A DNA stretch of 64,000 nt from Eledone cirrhosa (lineage: Eukaryota). A model generated the notes under the pieces. That model worked only from the letters and a program-made list of their open reading frames with translations. It had not been told where the DNA came from and did no database searches. Every line of letters starts with the position of its first letter. Within the stretch, counting starts at the first letter, position 1. This document shows positions 28,401-41,249 of the stretch, in pieces. The stretch spans positions 10,478,001 to 10,542,000 of the forward strand of contig OZ024747.1 in assembly GCA_964016885.1 (NCBI GenBank). The letters run 5' to 3'. The position numbers and the translations under genes are program-made.

Positions 28401-28551
28401 GTGTGTGTATATATATATATATATATAATCATCATCATCATCACTCTCTCTCTCTATATATATATATATATCATCTCTTTCTCTCTCTCATATATATGTG
28501 TGTGTGTGTGTGTATATATATATATAAGTCTCTTTCTCTCTATATATAATA

Positions 28552-28586
<35 letters not shown>

Positions 28587-28601
28587 CATCTTTTCTTTCT
28601 T

Positions 28602-28648
<47 letters not shown>

Positions 28649-29785
28649 ATATATATATATATATACGTGTGTGTACCACTCATACAAAAAAAGGTACACA
28701 TTTAAGTATATATATATATATGTGGGTGTATGTATGTGTGTATGATGTATGTATGTGTGTATGATGTATGTATGTGTGTGTGTGTGTGTGCATACATACA
28801 TTGAAATGCAACTACAACACAGAAATATATGAAAAAATGCAACATTTGTTTGTGGAGGAGAGCGAGTAGGCGTGGTGTGAATGTGTAAATAGGCAGACAT
28901 AAAAATGCTGCTGCATTAATATAGCTATATACATACATGCATATATACACCATAAAAAAAATACATGCATAAATACACCATCATATATACATACATGCAT
29001 ATACACCATCATATACACACATGCATATACATGCATATACACACCATCATATATACATACATGTATATATAGACTATCATATACATACATATATACACCA
29101 TCATAATATACATACATGCTAATATACACACCATCACGCAGTGGTTCACATAGTTTGCACATTTAGCTAGAGTCATAAAGCTTATTTATCAAACTCCTAT
29201 CTCTCACACACACATACACACCAGTATGCTGTGATACACACACACACATCAAAGTGATGTGACATACATACACACCAGTGTGCTGTGATACACACACACA
29301 TACATACATGTGTATGCTCTGGTACACACACATATCAAAGTGCTGTGACACACTCATACACACACACACATACATACATGTGTATGCTCTGATACACACA
29401 CACACATATCAAAGTGCTGTGACACACTCATACACACCACACATATCAAAGTGCTGTGATACACTCACACACATACATATTTATGCTCTGATACATACAC
29501 ACACCAGTCTGCAGTAATACACACATACCCACTGATAGGACCACACACTGACAGTCTCAGCCCCAACTAAAACCAGCTGTTTCTATCACACAAAATTTCC
29601 CATTTTAAAGGGTTTCTATTTCAATTAAAATCTTCCAATATAATTTTAAATTACTGTCTTAGTAGAATGGATATAATTAGGAAACTCAAAATATCCTTCA
29701 AAATTGTTAATTAATTAATTGATATAGAGTGTAGTTCATTAGAAATATCATCCCAAAGGGTTGAACACAGACAATTATAGGGCTA

Positions 29786-30100
29786 TCATCATCATCACCG
29801 TTTTACGTCCGTTCTTCCATGTTAGCATGGGTTAGACGGGTTGTCCTGCTGTGGGCAGTAGCCGGTCGGCTGATTATGTTTTGCACATACGGGAACTGAT
29901 TCTGGCTTGATTTCTACAGCTGGATGCCCTTCCTAACACCAACCTCATTTACAGTGAGTGCTGGGTGCTTTTTTTCTGTGGCGCCTATACGTCCACTTTA
30001 CAGAGGGAGTGTGTGGGGGCATATTGTCTATATGCTTCAGCTTGTACCCGTGGGGTGTCGGGTCTTCTGAATTATTGCGTGACGCCAGAAGTCACGGTCG
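29786..30100 (-). mobile_element. SINE family B 3' part
   Basis: (CAT)n CACCGTTTTACGTCCGTTCTTCCATGTTAGCATGGG ... CTGGATGCCCTTCCTAACACCAACC. Further diverged copies at ~8060-8390, 16430-16760, 42067-42240, 47115-47365 and 54385-54900. Confidence 0.78.
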
Positions 30101-30276
30101 TGACTATATATATATAAGCTGTTAAATATACACAGGGATATAAACAGATATTCAGGACTGCCATATATACTCATGTATAAGCTGAGAAATATCTGACAAA
30201 AAATAAATTCAACATTTACAAAAAAAAAGGAGGGTGAGGAAAATATATGGAGTGATACATATAGAAAATTTCGTAA

Positions 30277-31680
30277 ACTCTCTGAAACAGCCCCTAGTTC
30301 TGTGATAGTAACCTGACAGAAACAGCCCCTAGTTTTGTAATAGTAACCTGACAGAAACAGCCCCTAGTTCTGTGATAGTAACCCAACAGAAACAGCCCCT
30401 AGTTTTGTAATAGTAACCTGACAGAAACAGCCCCTAGTTCTGTGATAGTAAACTCCCTGAAACAGTCCCTAGTTCTATGATAGTAAACTGACAGAAACAG
30501 TCCCTAGTTCTGTGATAGTAAACTCTCTGAAACAGCCCCTAGTTCTGTGATAGTAACCTGACAGAAACAGCCCCTAGTTTTGTAATAGTAACCTGACAGA
30601 AACAGCCCCTAGTTCTGTGATAGTAACCCAACAGAAACAGCCCCTAGTTTTGTAATAGTAACCTGACAGAAACAGTCCCTAGTTCTGTGATAGTAAACTG
30701 ACAGAAACAGTCCCTAGTTCTGTGATAGTAAACTCCCTGAAACAGCCCCTAGTTCTGTGATAGTAAACTCCCTGAAACAGTCCCTAGTTCTGTGATAGTA
30801 AACTCCCTGAAACAGTCCCTAGTTCTGTGATAGTAAACTCCCTGAAACAGCCCCTAGTTCTGTGATAGTAAACTCCCTGAAACAGTCCCTAGTTCTGTGA
30901 TAGTAAACTCCCTGAAACAGTCCCTAGTTCTGTGATAGTAAACTGACAGAAACAGTCCCTAGTTCTGTGATAGTAAACTCCCTGAAACAGTCCCTAGTTC
31001 TGTGATAGTAAACTCCCTGAAACAGCCCCTAGTTCTGTGATAGTAAACTCCCTGAAACAGTCCCTAGTTCTGTGATAGTAAACTCCCTGAAACAGTCCCT
31101 AGTTCTGTGATAGTAAACTGACAGAAACAGTCCCTAGTTCTGTGATAGTAAACTCCCTGAAACAGCCCCTAGTTCTGTGATAGTAAACTCCCTGAAACAG
31201 TCCCTAGTTCTGTGATAGTAAACTCCCTGAAACAGTCCCTAGTTCTGTGATAGTAAACTGACAGAAACAGTCCCTAGTTCTGTGATAGTAAACTCCCTGA
31301 AACAGCCCCTAGTTCTGTGATAGTAAACTCCCTGAAACAGTCCCTAGTTCTGTGATAGTAAACTGACAGAAACAGTCCCTAGTTCTGTGATAGTAAACTC
31401 CCTGAAACAGCCCCTAGTTCTGTGATAGTAAACTCCCTGAAACAGTCCCTAGTTCTGTGATAGTAAACTGACAGAAACAGTCCCTAGTTCTGTGATAGTA
31501 AACTCCCTGAAACAGCCCCTAGTTCTGTGATAGTAAACTCCCTGAAACAGCCCCTAGTTCTGTGATAGTAAACTCCCTGAAACAGTCCCTAGTTCTGTGA
31601 TAGTAAACTCCCTGAAACAGTCCCTAGTTCTGTGATAGTAAACTCCCTGAAACAGCCCCTAGTTCTGTGATAGTAAACAG
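30277..31680. repeat. 35-bp minisatellite, ~40 copies
   Basis: Unit GAAACAG(T/C)CCCTAGTTCTGTGATAGTAAACT(CCCT/GACA). Confidence 0.97.
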
Positions 31681-31775
31681 CTCTTTGTAAAATGTTTATA
31701 TCATATTATGCAAGACATTTTTAGTTTTGCTCCAAACATCAGTTTAATAATAATAGTGTTCATTATTTTTTACTA

Positions 31776-32180
31776 CGCGGTGAATTGGCAGTATCGGTAG
31801 AGGGTCGGACGCCATGCTTTGACGCATAGAGTTACAGCCCTTGCCATTCTGAGTTCAAATCCCGCCGAGGTTAACTTTGCCTTTCATCCTTACGGGGTCG
31901 ATAAAATAAAGTACCAGTAATACACTGGTTAATTGCTGGCCTAGTGCCAATAGTAGAAACAATTATTTTACTATGCCTTAGGGCGGTGGATTGGCAATAT
32001 CGGTAGAGGGTCGGACGCCATGCTTTGCAGCAAAGAGTTACGGCCCTTTATGATCTGAGTTCAAATCCTGCCGAGGTTAACTTTGCCTTTCATCCTTACG
32101 GGGTCGATAAAATAAAGTACCAGTAATACACTGGTATAATTGCTGGCCTTGTGCCAAAAGTATAAACAATTATTTTACTA
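31776..32180 (+). mobile_element. Two head-to-tail SINE family A copies
   Basis: Copies at ~31776-31965 and ~31981-32172; the motif ATTATTTT(T)ACTA occurs before, between and after them. Confidence 0.88.
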
Positions 32181-32436
32181 CCCCCACCCCCACCCCTCCA
32201 ATACTTTATTATTTTCAAAATTAAATGAAACCTAGATGCAGTGTATTTAATTAGAAATATGTTAACGAAAGAGTTAATAAATGAAATTAGACAATGAGGC
32301 AACCTTAATCTGGTGACTTGACCATCTCAAAAGAGCAGCTAAATCTCCATTTAACAACACCCTCTAAGAACATATTCCATAAAATGGAAAAACAAATCAA
32401 GAAAACACAGGAGGACTACAGCTGGAGAAAAATCAT

Positions 32437-32700
32437 TTGATCATAGGTTTGATTGATCAGGGCTGACCTAGGGCTAAACAACAACACAAACCTTTGATCA
32501 GAGGTCTACTTGATCAGGGCTGACCTAGGGTTAAACAACAACACAAACCTTTGATCATAGGTCTACTTGATCAGGGCTGACCTAGGGCTAAACAACAACA
32601 CAAACCTTTGATCATAGGTCTACTTGATCAGGGCTGACCCAGGGCTGAACTACAACACAAACCTTTGATCAGGGCTGACCTAGGGCTAAACTACAACATA
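32437..32700. repeat. ~58-bp tandem amplification of the 3' end of a dispersed repeat
   Basis: CTTTGATCATAGGTCTACTTGATCAGGGCTGACCTAGGGCTAAACAACAACACAAAC about 4-5 times. Single diverged relatives at ~5570-5625 and 37330-37385. Confidence 0.85.
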
Positions 32701-32925
32701 AATGAAATGGAATTACATCTGTATCTAGTAGTTTTGATATGATGATGATGATGATGATGATGATGATAATAATGAGGAAGATGGCAGCCATAACAACAAA
32801 TACAGTAACAACAACAACACCATGAAATCAAACTTAGAAAGAAAGTATATATAGCACAGGTGTGTTAAATTAAGAATCATCGTTAAAATAAGGAAGTCAA
32901 ACGAGAAGGATCATTAAACTGTATC

Positions 32926-33108
32926 TGAAGGCTGGGCTGAAAAGTTCATAGGCTGACTATGAAGGAGTGATGCTAGAGCTCTGAAATCTTGCATGCATTA
33001 ATTTCAACTCTTCTTATTAATAACTGCATTGTTTCTTTCCAGGGACTATGTTGAAAAATAAACCTCATTTGGTCATTCCATGAGAGTATCTTAGTCAATC
33101 TATAAACC
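32926..33108 (+). mobile_element. Mariner-derived MITE
   Basis: Left end GGCTGAAAAGTTCATAGGCTGACT, degenerate inverse AGTCAATCTATAAACCT. Internal GGGACTATGTTGAAAAATAA equals the mariner C-terminus (G)DYVEK*. Confidence 0.6.
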
Positions 33109-33117
33109 TCTCTCTCT

Positions 33118-33152
<35 letters not shown>

Positions 33153-33153
<1 letters not shown>

Positions 33154-33465
33154 TATAAGATCAAAAGATGGTTAAAGGAGTTCCATGTATTTTATTATGC
33201 GCATTTCAAAAACAAACATCATCATGCAATAATATTTGTGTTTTCATCAGATAAAACAGGAGAACATGATATGAAGGCTAAAAAACACTTGTGGATAGTG
33301 CAGTTTTAAATCAACTGCACTATCCACAAGTGTTTTTTAGCCTTCATATCATGTTCTCCTGTTTTATCTGATGAAAACACAAATATTATTGCATGATGAT
33401 GTTTGTTTTTGAAATGCGCATAATAAAATACATGGAACTCCTTTAACCATCTTTTGATCTTATAT
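33153..33465. repeat. Perfect fold-back palindrome, 153-bp arms, 7-nt loop
   Basis: 33153-33305 is the reverse complement of 33313-33465; loop TTAAATC; next to (TA)n. Confidence 0.95.
33362..33428 (+). ncRNA. Minimal type I hammerhead ribozyme (mirror copy on - at 33190-33256)
   Basis: TTTTAT-CTGATGA-long stem II-GAAA-TGCGCA-TA|ATAAAA; palindromic TGCGCA at stem III. Confidence 0.7.
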
Positions 33466-33579
33466 TATGTATACTCCAGTCCTACAAACTGTAGAGTGCT
33501 TCTTATCCGATATCTGCATTGCTTTATTGTACTACAATAAAACTCACCTCCTACATTATATATATATATATATATATAT

Positions 33580-33616
<37 letters not shown>

Positions 33617-33846
33617 TATATATATATGTTCATGTGTGTATATGCGTGAATCTCTCTCTCTCTCTTTCATTATGACAATGATTAAAGTGTCACAACCACA
33701 ATCACCTTCTCTCTCTCATATACACACACACACTTTCTCTCTCTTACACACACACACTTTCTCTCTCTCTTACACACACACACTTTCTCTCTCTCTTACA
33801 CACACACACACTTTCTCTATCTCTCTTACACACACACACACACTTT

Positions 33847-33877
<31 letters not shown>

Positions 33878-34059
33878 TTTCTCTCTCTTATACACACTTT
33901 CTCTCTCTCTTCTCACTCTAATGGCTCGCATGCAGAAATATAAACATCAAATTAAGAGCCTAATTAAGGAACAATTTGATTATGATAATGAATTAGTTTT
34001 AATTCAATGAAGGAGGAGAAAGAAAGAGAGAAAGAGACACACAGACACAGGCATTGTGT

Positions 34060-35730
34060 TGTGATGTTGGTGTTGATGGTGTTGGTGTCAGTGCTGGTTG
34101 TGGTGGTGTTGGGTGATAGTGGTGTTGGTGGTGTTAGTGTTGATGGTGGTGGGGTTAGTGTTAGTGTTGGTGGTGGTGTTAGTGTTAGTGTTGGTGGAAG
34201 TGTTGATGGTGGTGGTGGAAGTGTTGGTTGTGGTGTTAGTGTTGATGGTGGTGGTGTTAGTGTTGGTGATGGTGTTAGTGTTGATGGTGGTGGGGTTAGT
34301 GTTAGTGTTGGTGGTGGTGTTAGTGTTGGTGATGGTGTTAGTGTTGGTGGTGGTGGGGTTAGTGTTAGTGTTGGTGGAAGTGTTGGTGGTGGTGTTAGTG
34401 CTGATGGTGGTGGGGTTAGTGTTAGTGTTAGTGTTGGTTGTGGTGTTAGTGTTGATGGTGGAAGTGTTGGTTGTGATGTTAGTGTTGATGGTGGTGGTGT
34501 TAGTGTTGGTGATGGTGTTAGTGTTGGTGGTGGTGGGGTTAGTGTTAGTGTTGGTGGTGGTGTTAGTGTTGATGGTGGTGGTGTTAGTGTTGGTGATGGT
34601 GTTAGTGTTGGTGGTGGTGGGGTTAGTGTTAGTGTAAATGTTGGTGGTGGTGTTAGTGCTGATGGTGGTGGGGTTAGTGTTAGTGTTAGTGTTGATGATG
34701 GTGGTGTTAGTGTTGATGGTGGTGGGGTTAGTGTTAGTGTTGATGGAAGTGTTGGTGGTGGTGTTAGTGTTGATGGTGGTGGTGTTAGTGTTAATGGTGG
34801 TGGTGTTAGTGCTGATGGTGGTGGGGTTAGTGTTGATGGTGGTGGGGTTAGTGTTAGTGTTGGTGGAAGTGTTGGTGGTGGTGTTAGTGTAAGTGTTGGT
34901 GGTGGTGTTAGTGTTGATGGTGGTGGTGTTAGTGTGGATGGTGGTGGGGTTAGTGTTAGTGTTGGTGGTGGTGTTAGTGTTGATGGTGGTGGTGTTAGTG
35001 TTGATGGTGGTGGGGTTAGTGTTAGTGTTGGTGGTGTTAGTGTTGATGGTGGTGGTGTTAGTGTTGGTGGTGGTAGGGTTGGTGTTGGTGTTAGTGTTGG
35101 TGGTGTTAGTGTTGGCGGTGGTGGGGTTAGTGTTGGTGGTGTTAGTGTTGATGGTGGTGGTGGTGTTAGTGTTGGTGGTGGTGGTGTTAGTGTTGGGGTT
35201 AGTGTTGGTGGTGGTGGAGTTAGTGTTGGTGGTGGGGGTTAGTGTTGAGGTGGTGGTGGGGGTTAGTGTTGAGGTGGTGGTGGGGTTAGTGTTGGTGTTA
35301 GTGTTGGTGGTGGTGGTGTTGATGGTGGTGGTGTTAGTGTTGGTGGTGGTGGTGGTGGGGTTAGTGTTGGTGGTGTTAGTGTTGGTGGTGGTGGGGTTAG
35401 TGTTGGTGGTAGTGGTGTTAGTGTTGGTGGTGGTGGGGTTAGTGTTGGTGGTGGTTGTGTTAGTGTTGGTGGTGGTGGGGTTAGTGTTGGGGTTAGTGTT
35501 GGTGGTGGTGGTGGTGGGGTTAGTGTTGGTGGTGGTGGGGTTAGTGTTGGTGGTGGTGGAGTTAGTGTTGTTGGTGGTGGGGGTTAGTGTTGAGGTGGTG
35601 GTGGTGTTAGTGTTGGTGGTGGTGGGGTTAGTGTTGAGGTGGTGGTGGTGGGTTTAGTGTTGGTGGTGGTCGTGTTAGTGTTGGTGGTGTTAGTGTTGGT
35701 GGTAGTGGGGTTAGTGGTGGTGGTGGCAGT
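34060..35730. repeat. GT-rich low-complexity array
   Basis: GGTGGTGGTGTTAGTGTT / GGGGTTAGTGTT units. Confidence 0.93.
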
Positions 35731-36110
35731 GTTTATTGTTATTGTGATGGCAGTGGTAGTAGTTGTGATAGTTATTGTCAAACACAGAAGAAATAAAAGA
35801 TAAAAAAATGAAGAGTTATAGTTGTAATGGCGTTGGTTTGTAAAGACTAGGAACAATTATTAAAACTGTAGATATTGAGATAGAATTGGTCATGGTGCTC
35901 CTTAGACTCCCCCTTCTTTAGTTTCCATATCTTAGAAGCTATCGTTGTTCATTATTGGATCATCAAAACCAACACACTGGCAGCTGCCAAAATATCACAT
36001 GTAAATAATGTGTATGTAGTGTATGTATGTGTGTGTATGTATATATATATATATTCTTATCACCATCATCATCATCATCATGATTTAACCTCCATTTTCC
36101 AGGCTAACAT

Positions 36111-36147
<37 letters not shown>

Positions 36148-36173
36148 CACACACATACATACACTATATACAC

Positions 36174-36238
<65 letters not shown>

Positions 36239-36380
36239 CATATATATAAGTTCATAAAAGTCCATTTTCCTACACTTATTTATATACTCAAAATATCGAT
36301 GAAACATTCGTTAATTAATTAAAATGAAATATAATTAACCGTTTTGGTCTTTTGTATTATTATAATATATTATAGTTAAG

Positions 36381-36452
<72 letters not shown>

Positions 36453-36497
36453 AGAGAGAGAAAAGAGAGAGAGAGAGAGAGAGAGTATTGGACATAC

Positions 36498-36638
36498 CTG
36501 TATTAAAGTCTAGTTAAATCATGGCCCTGCTGAAGACTTCTCTCCAATAGATCATTGTATAGTCCTTCCTAAAGCAATATCTTCATGGTCTGTCTTTCTC
36601 AATAAGATCAATCGCTTAGTTTCCAATTCTGGTTAATT
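36498..36638 (-). other. Candidate non-coding exon (SMAD4 5' UTR or lncRNA), 141 nt
   Basis: cctctgtctttgatttctacag| ... ACAG|gtatgt. Stops in all three frames; contains short ORFs MKILL* and MIYWREVFSRAMI*. Confidence 0.5.
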
Positions 36639-37386
36639 CTGTAGAAATCAAAGACAGAGGATGACATGGTTTAGTTTAGTTAAGTTAGTATTAATACTGG
36701 TAATTCCACATGAATTTCTAACATTGGTAGAATGGCATCAGAAATTTTGGAGATGGGGAAGGTAAAGACTTGAGTTCTCCCTTCACTCCTCCACCCACAT
36801 TTTCTACCTGTAGATATTGGCCTACATATGTCAAATGAATCACACCAACTGAAAGAATGGAGGGAGGGTTTGCAGAAATTAGTACCCCCCCCCCCCCCCC
36901 CCCCAAAAAAAAACAGCTTGTGAGAGAGCCACCACAATGCAGTCCCTCCACAACTTCCTAGAAACTGTAGTTATATCCACCTCAGATCACATCCTACAAT
37001 CTTATATAGGGACTACATAAGAGAGCTGCAGCCTGATGATGTCCATCACCACCACCCCCTCCCATTGGAGCAGGTTGCTTAAAGTTTTACTAAGAGGGCT
37101 GGGGTATGGTTTTGACCGAAATCTGTCTTGTGTGGTATGTTTCTGGTGAGGATGGGGGTTGGTTGTAGGATCATGGTTTACATTTACTTGAGTTCTTGGA
37201 TAGAACAAGGTTTGGTGTAGATTTCTTTAGGTTCTAGTTGAAGCAAATGTCTGTTACATATATAAAAGGATACATTGGATCATGTACTCCTACATGTTCT
37301 GTTTATGGAACAGGTGTAGATAATGAAAGGAACATCTTTGATCAAAGGTCTGCTGAATCAGGATTGCTCTTCAACTAAACAAACTA

Positions 37387-37557
37387 CAGTGAAATTCTGT
37401 TATGACGAAATTCAGGGGGTGTAAAAAAAAACTTGTTGTAACGAAAAATTCTTTATTACGAGATTGACCGAAACAAATCGAGTGTTTGTTTGTTATTACC
37501 TCGGGAATTGAAACAAATTTTGTGATAACGGATTTCGTTATAATGGAATTTTACCTG
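37387..37557. mobile_element. pogo/Tigger-like MITE with TA TSD
   Basis: TA|CAGTGAAATTCTGTTATGACGAAAT ... ATTTCGTTATAATGGAATTTTACCTG|TA: imperfect ~25-bp TIRs. Confidence 0.65.
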
Positions 37558-38543
37558 TATATAAAAATTCTTTCTAAATGAAACTACAACTAAGTACCGA
37601 CCCCTTACAAAGTACAGCTAAGCATCAGCCCATTAAAAACTACAGCTAATCATCATCAAACCCTTAAAAAAAACTCTTTGATGATGAAGGGGTGGTAGTT
37701 AAGATCTAAATTACATTTCCAGAATACACACACACATAAACATATATACATAAACATACATACACACAAACGTATATATTGATATACATAAACATACGTA
37801 CACACAAACATATATACAGAAACATACATACACACAAACATATATACATATATACATAAACATATATAGATAGATGCAGGATGTGTGGAGCATTTAACAG
37901 TTGACCTTTAACTTATGGGTGTCAACTTTAGAGTACACAACTATCAACATTAGACAGCTATTTAGATACAATGGCAGAAATACAACCATCAAGAGGAAAT
38001 CTAGCTGTCTCACACACATACATACACACACAAGGTGATATATATATATAAATACACACACACACACTGTAAGAACCCCTACACCACAAATAAGCATGCA
38101 CTTTTACATAAACACACGTGTATGTAGATATGTGTGTGCATGGCACATACACTGAAACCCACACACACCACAACAGAAGTTGAATACACGTGTATGTACA
38201 CCACATGCTGTAAAACCCACACATATCATAACAGCAGTATATGGACTACACACACACACACACACATGTCGACATTCATAGTGACATGTATACTGCAAGT
38301 ATTTATACATCACAGTTTAACTGCTAAATCTCACTAAAGTTACACCCTACCTTCTTAACCAAAATCATGCCATCTCACCCAAAACTATCCCTAGTTCCCT
38401 TTCACCCAAAACTACCCCTGGTTCCATCTCACTCAAAACTGCTTTGGGTTCCCTCTCACCCAAAACTACTCATTTTTAAGGGTTCCTATTTAGATTTAAA
38501 TCTTCTAACATAATTTTATATAAGGTTTGCTACGAATACTATC

Positions 38544-38760
38544 TTAAGAATGAAATAATTGTTTCTACTTTAGGCACAAGGCCAGCAATTACCCAGTTCA
38601 TTACTGGTACTTTATTTTAGCGACCCCGTAAGGATGAAAGGCAAAGTCAACCTCAGCGGGATTTGAACTCAGATCGTAAAGGGACGTAACTCTGCTGGAA
38701 AGCATGGCGTCCGACCCTCTACCGATACTGTCAATCCACCGCCCTTAAGAATGAAATAAT
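38544..38760 (-). mobile_element. SINE family A with 16-bp TSD
   Basis: TTAAGAATGAAATAAT at 38544-38559 and 38745-38760. Confidence 0.92.
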
Positions 38761-39324
38761 AATTTTGATAAACACCTCGTCCTCAAAAAACAATTATACA
38801 GCCTCTTAATTAACAATGTTGCACATTTATGGGAGACACAGAGGTGCACTGGTGTTGATGCAGTAGATAGTGGCATGAAACTGTTGAAATAAGGAGGGTG
38901 GTGAGGGTGATAATGATGATGGTGGTGATGATGATGGGGTGATGGAAGTGATGAAGATGATGATGGTGGTGATGATGAAGATTGTGGTAATGAAGGTGGT
39001 GATGGTGGTGCTGGTTTTTACAAAAATCTGGCAACACCTGAAACAATGTCTCAGGTGTGTAATTGTTGGCCCCCAGTTTAACCTGTCGTGAGCCTTAATT
39101 ATCAACACTTTCACTGATTAAAGATGAAAGGGGAGTTAAATGTCAGTAAGATATTGACCCTTAAGTTAACCAGAAAGGGTTAAAGGAGATTATGTGGCGA
39201 GAGAGAGAGAGGGGGGGGTTCCCTTTGCACTGGGATTGTGATTAAAACATGGGGTGGGGTGCTTCCGGTTGTGTTGCAGGTTGTTTGGGACTAGAGAGAG
39301 ACTAAGAAGAGAATAAATGCTGCA

Positions 39325-39377
<53 letters not shown>

Positions 39378-39874
39378 TTATTACTACTATTATATACATA
39401 CATATATATATATGTGGAGAGATGCTGTGCTGAATAAGACCCGTCCCATCCTTGCAAGCAGGGAAAAGCAGACGTATGATGATGATATATATATAATATA
39501 TAGTAGTAGTAGTAGTAGTAATACATACACAGACCAAAATCCAGAAAAGACTTGATAAAGGTGTGTGTGCATATATATATGGGGTAGATGAAATAAAGTA
39601 TCAGTTAATTACTGGGGTCAATAAAGTATAACTTAAGTACTTATGGTGGTGTGAGGGTGTCAATATAACTGACTTTCCCTACCCCCAAATTGCTGGCCTT
39701 GTGCCAATCTTAAAAAGAAATATTTTGTTTATATACTTGCTTTGCTGTCCTAGTCAAAAGACACAGCATTGTTCTACATTGTTCTACTGTTCTCTGTGTT
39801 GTCTTGCATGTATCTTTTCAATGGCCTGTTTAAGCTGCTGTGCAATCGGGATTTAATATTGTTCAACCCCACTG

Positions 39875-40103
39875 TTAACCCTTTAGCATTTACATTACTC
39901 TATATATACTATTATACTTTCACAGTAAAGGCTTTACCTCAAATAAATATCTCACAAAATATTCAATTTATGAGATTTTGATATCATTTATTTTGAGAAC
40001 AATACCTTAACATCAGTATGAGTGGCCAATTATACTCAGTTTAAACAGGAAGGGGTGAGAGAATTCTGGTCAGATATAGCTGGTTTAAATGCTAAAGGGT
40101 TGA
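39875..40103. mobile_element. piggyBac-type MITE family 1 copy
   Basis: TTAACCCTTTAGCATTTAC ... TAAATGCTAAAGGGTTGA; interior colinear with 13649-13860. Confidence 0.85.
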
Positions 40104-40698
40104 GCATGAAATTGCAAAGACCAGGGAGTGGCTGATGAGGAAGACAAATACTTTTGTTCATTCATCTCATGCATTTTGATTTTTCCGTGTGCAACATTGC
40201 TATATTTATGATATACTGACATAGGGTGACACGAGGGTCACCCTATGACAATGCAGCTGTTATGCCAGTATTTTACTTTTTAAACAGCTGCAAACATTTC
40301 TGTTGCTTTAGTTGCTAAAATCAACTGCAAAACACATACACACACACATAGGCATACACACACATATGCACATACACATGCATACACACACACGTAAAAA
40401 AAAGAATACAATCACATAAGCAGCCAACAAAGTACACACACACTATGTGGTTGTTCAACCACATCTCCTAGAGATAGCAGCTCAAAACTTCTGCAAATCC
40501 CATCCTAGAGTCATAAATTAGAAGGATACATTGAACAGATTCTCTGATATACAAAGGCAGGACAGTCACGACTGGAATGTCTTTGATCAGTGCCAACTAG
40601 TAGATCAATAACCTACATATGTGTAAATATATTTGTTTCTGTCATTATTTTACTGAACCACCTGTGTTCATATTTCTAATGCACTTCATTTTGATTAA

Positions 40699-40898
40699 TT
40701 AACCCTTTAGTATTTAAACTGACCATAACTGGCCAGAATTCTCTCACCTCTTTCTGTTTAAACCAGCTGAAGCCAGCCACTCATGCCAATGTTAAGGTAT
40801 TGTTGTTAAAATAAATAATATCCAAATCTCATAAATTCGATATTATATGAGGTAATTACAATAGTAATTATAGAGTAATGCAAATGCTAAAGGGTTAA
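40699..40898. mobile_element. piggyBac-type MITE family 1 copy, inverted, nested in an older MITE
   Basis: TTAACCCTTTAGTATTTAAAC ... CAAATGCTAAAGGGTTAA. Confidence 0.85.
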
Positions 40899-41249
40899 TG
40901 AACAATTTTGAAGGATTTACTAAATATTTGGTGGTAGTAACAAATATTTGAATGAGACCTTTGAAGACCAAAATGGTGAAGGTATTTGTGTCTACGGCGG
41001 TCAAGCACAGGTCAGTTGGTCCTAAGAAGTGGGTGAAAGCTTGTATGAAAGACACTGGATCTGTCGTGTTTTACGTTGGTGAGAGTTATTTTATTGGGCC
41101 ACCAACTTGTCTTCATATTTTTCATGAAATACATACCATTTCAATTAACTCATAAAGAATTTTTTTAGGATTTACTAAAATTATTTATTACTCGTTACCA
41201 AGACATTTAACATATGGTTCTTATATAAATTATGTTGAAAGATTTTAAT

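Larger units (their letters stand above)
30270..32277. mobile_element. TTAA-ended MITE family 2 copy expanded by a 35-bp array and two SINEs
   Basis: After the array the body resumes (TCCAAACATCAGTTTAATAAT..TTATTTTTTACTA), is interrupted by two SINEs, then ends TTATTTTCAAAATTAAATGAAA..GCAGTGTATTT..AGAAATATGTTAACGAAAGAGTTAA, the reverse complement of the 23731 start. Confidence 0.6.

Noticed and set aside
34007-35657. 411-aa Gly/Val/Ser-rich ORF resembling a structural protein; TTAG-containing units resembling telomere repeats
   Set aside because: Low-complexity GT array open in multiple frames; the units are GTTAGT/GGGGTTAGT, not tandem TTAGGG.
40220-40247. 11-bp stem hairpin CATAGGGTGAC..GTCACCCTATG
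   Set aside because: Isolated, with no CTRR end or second copy to support a Helitron terminus or other element.
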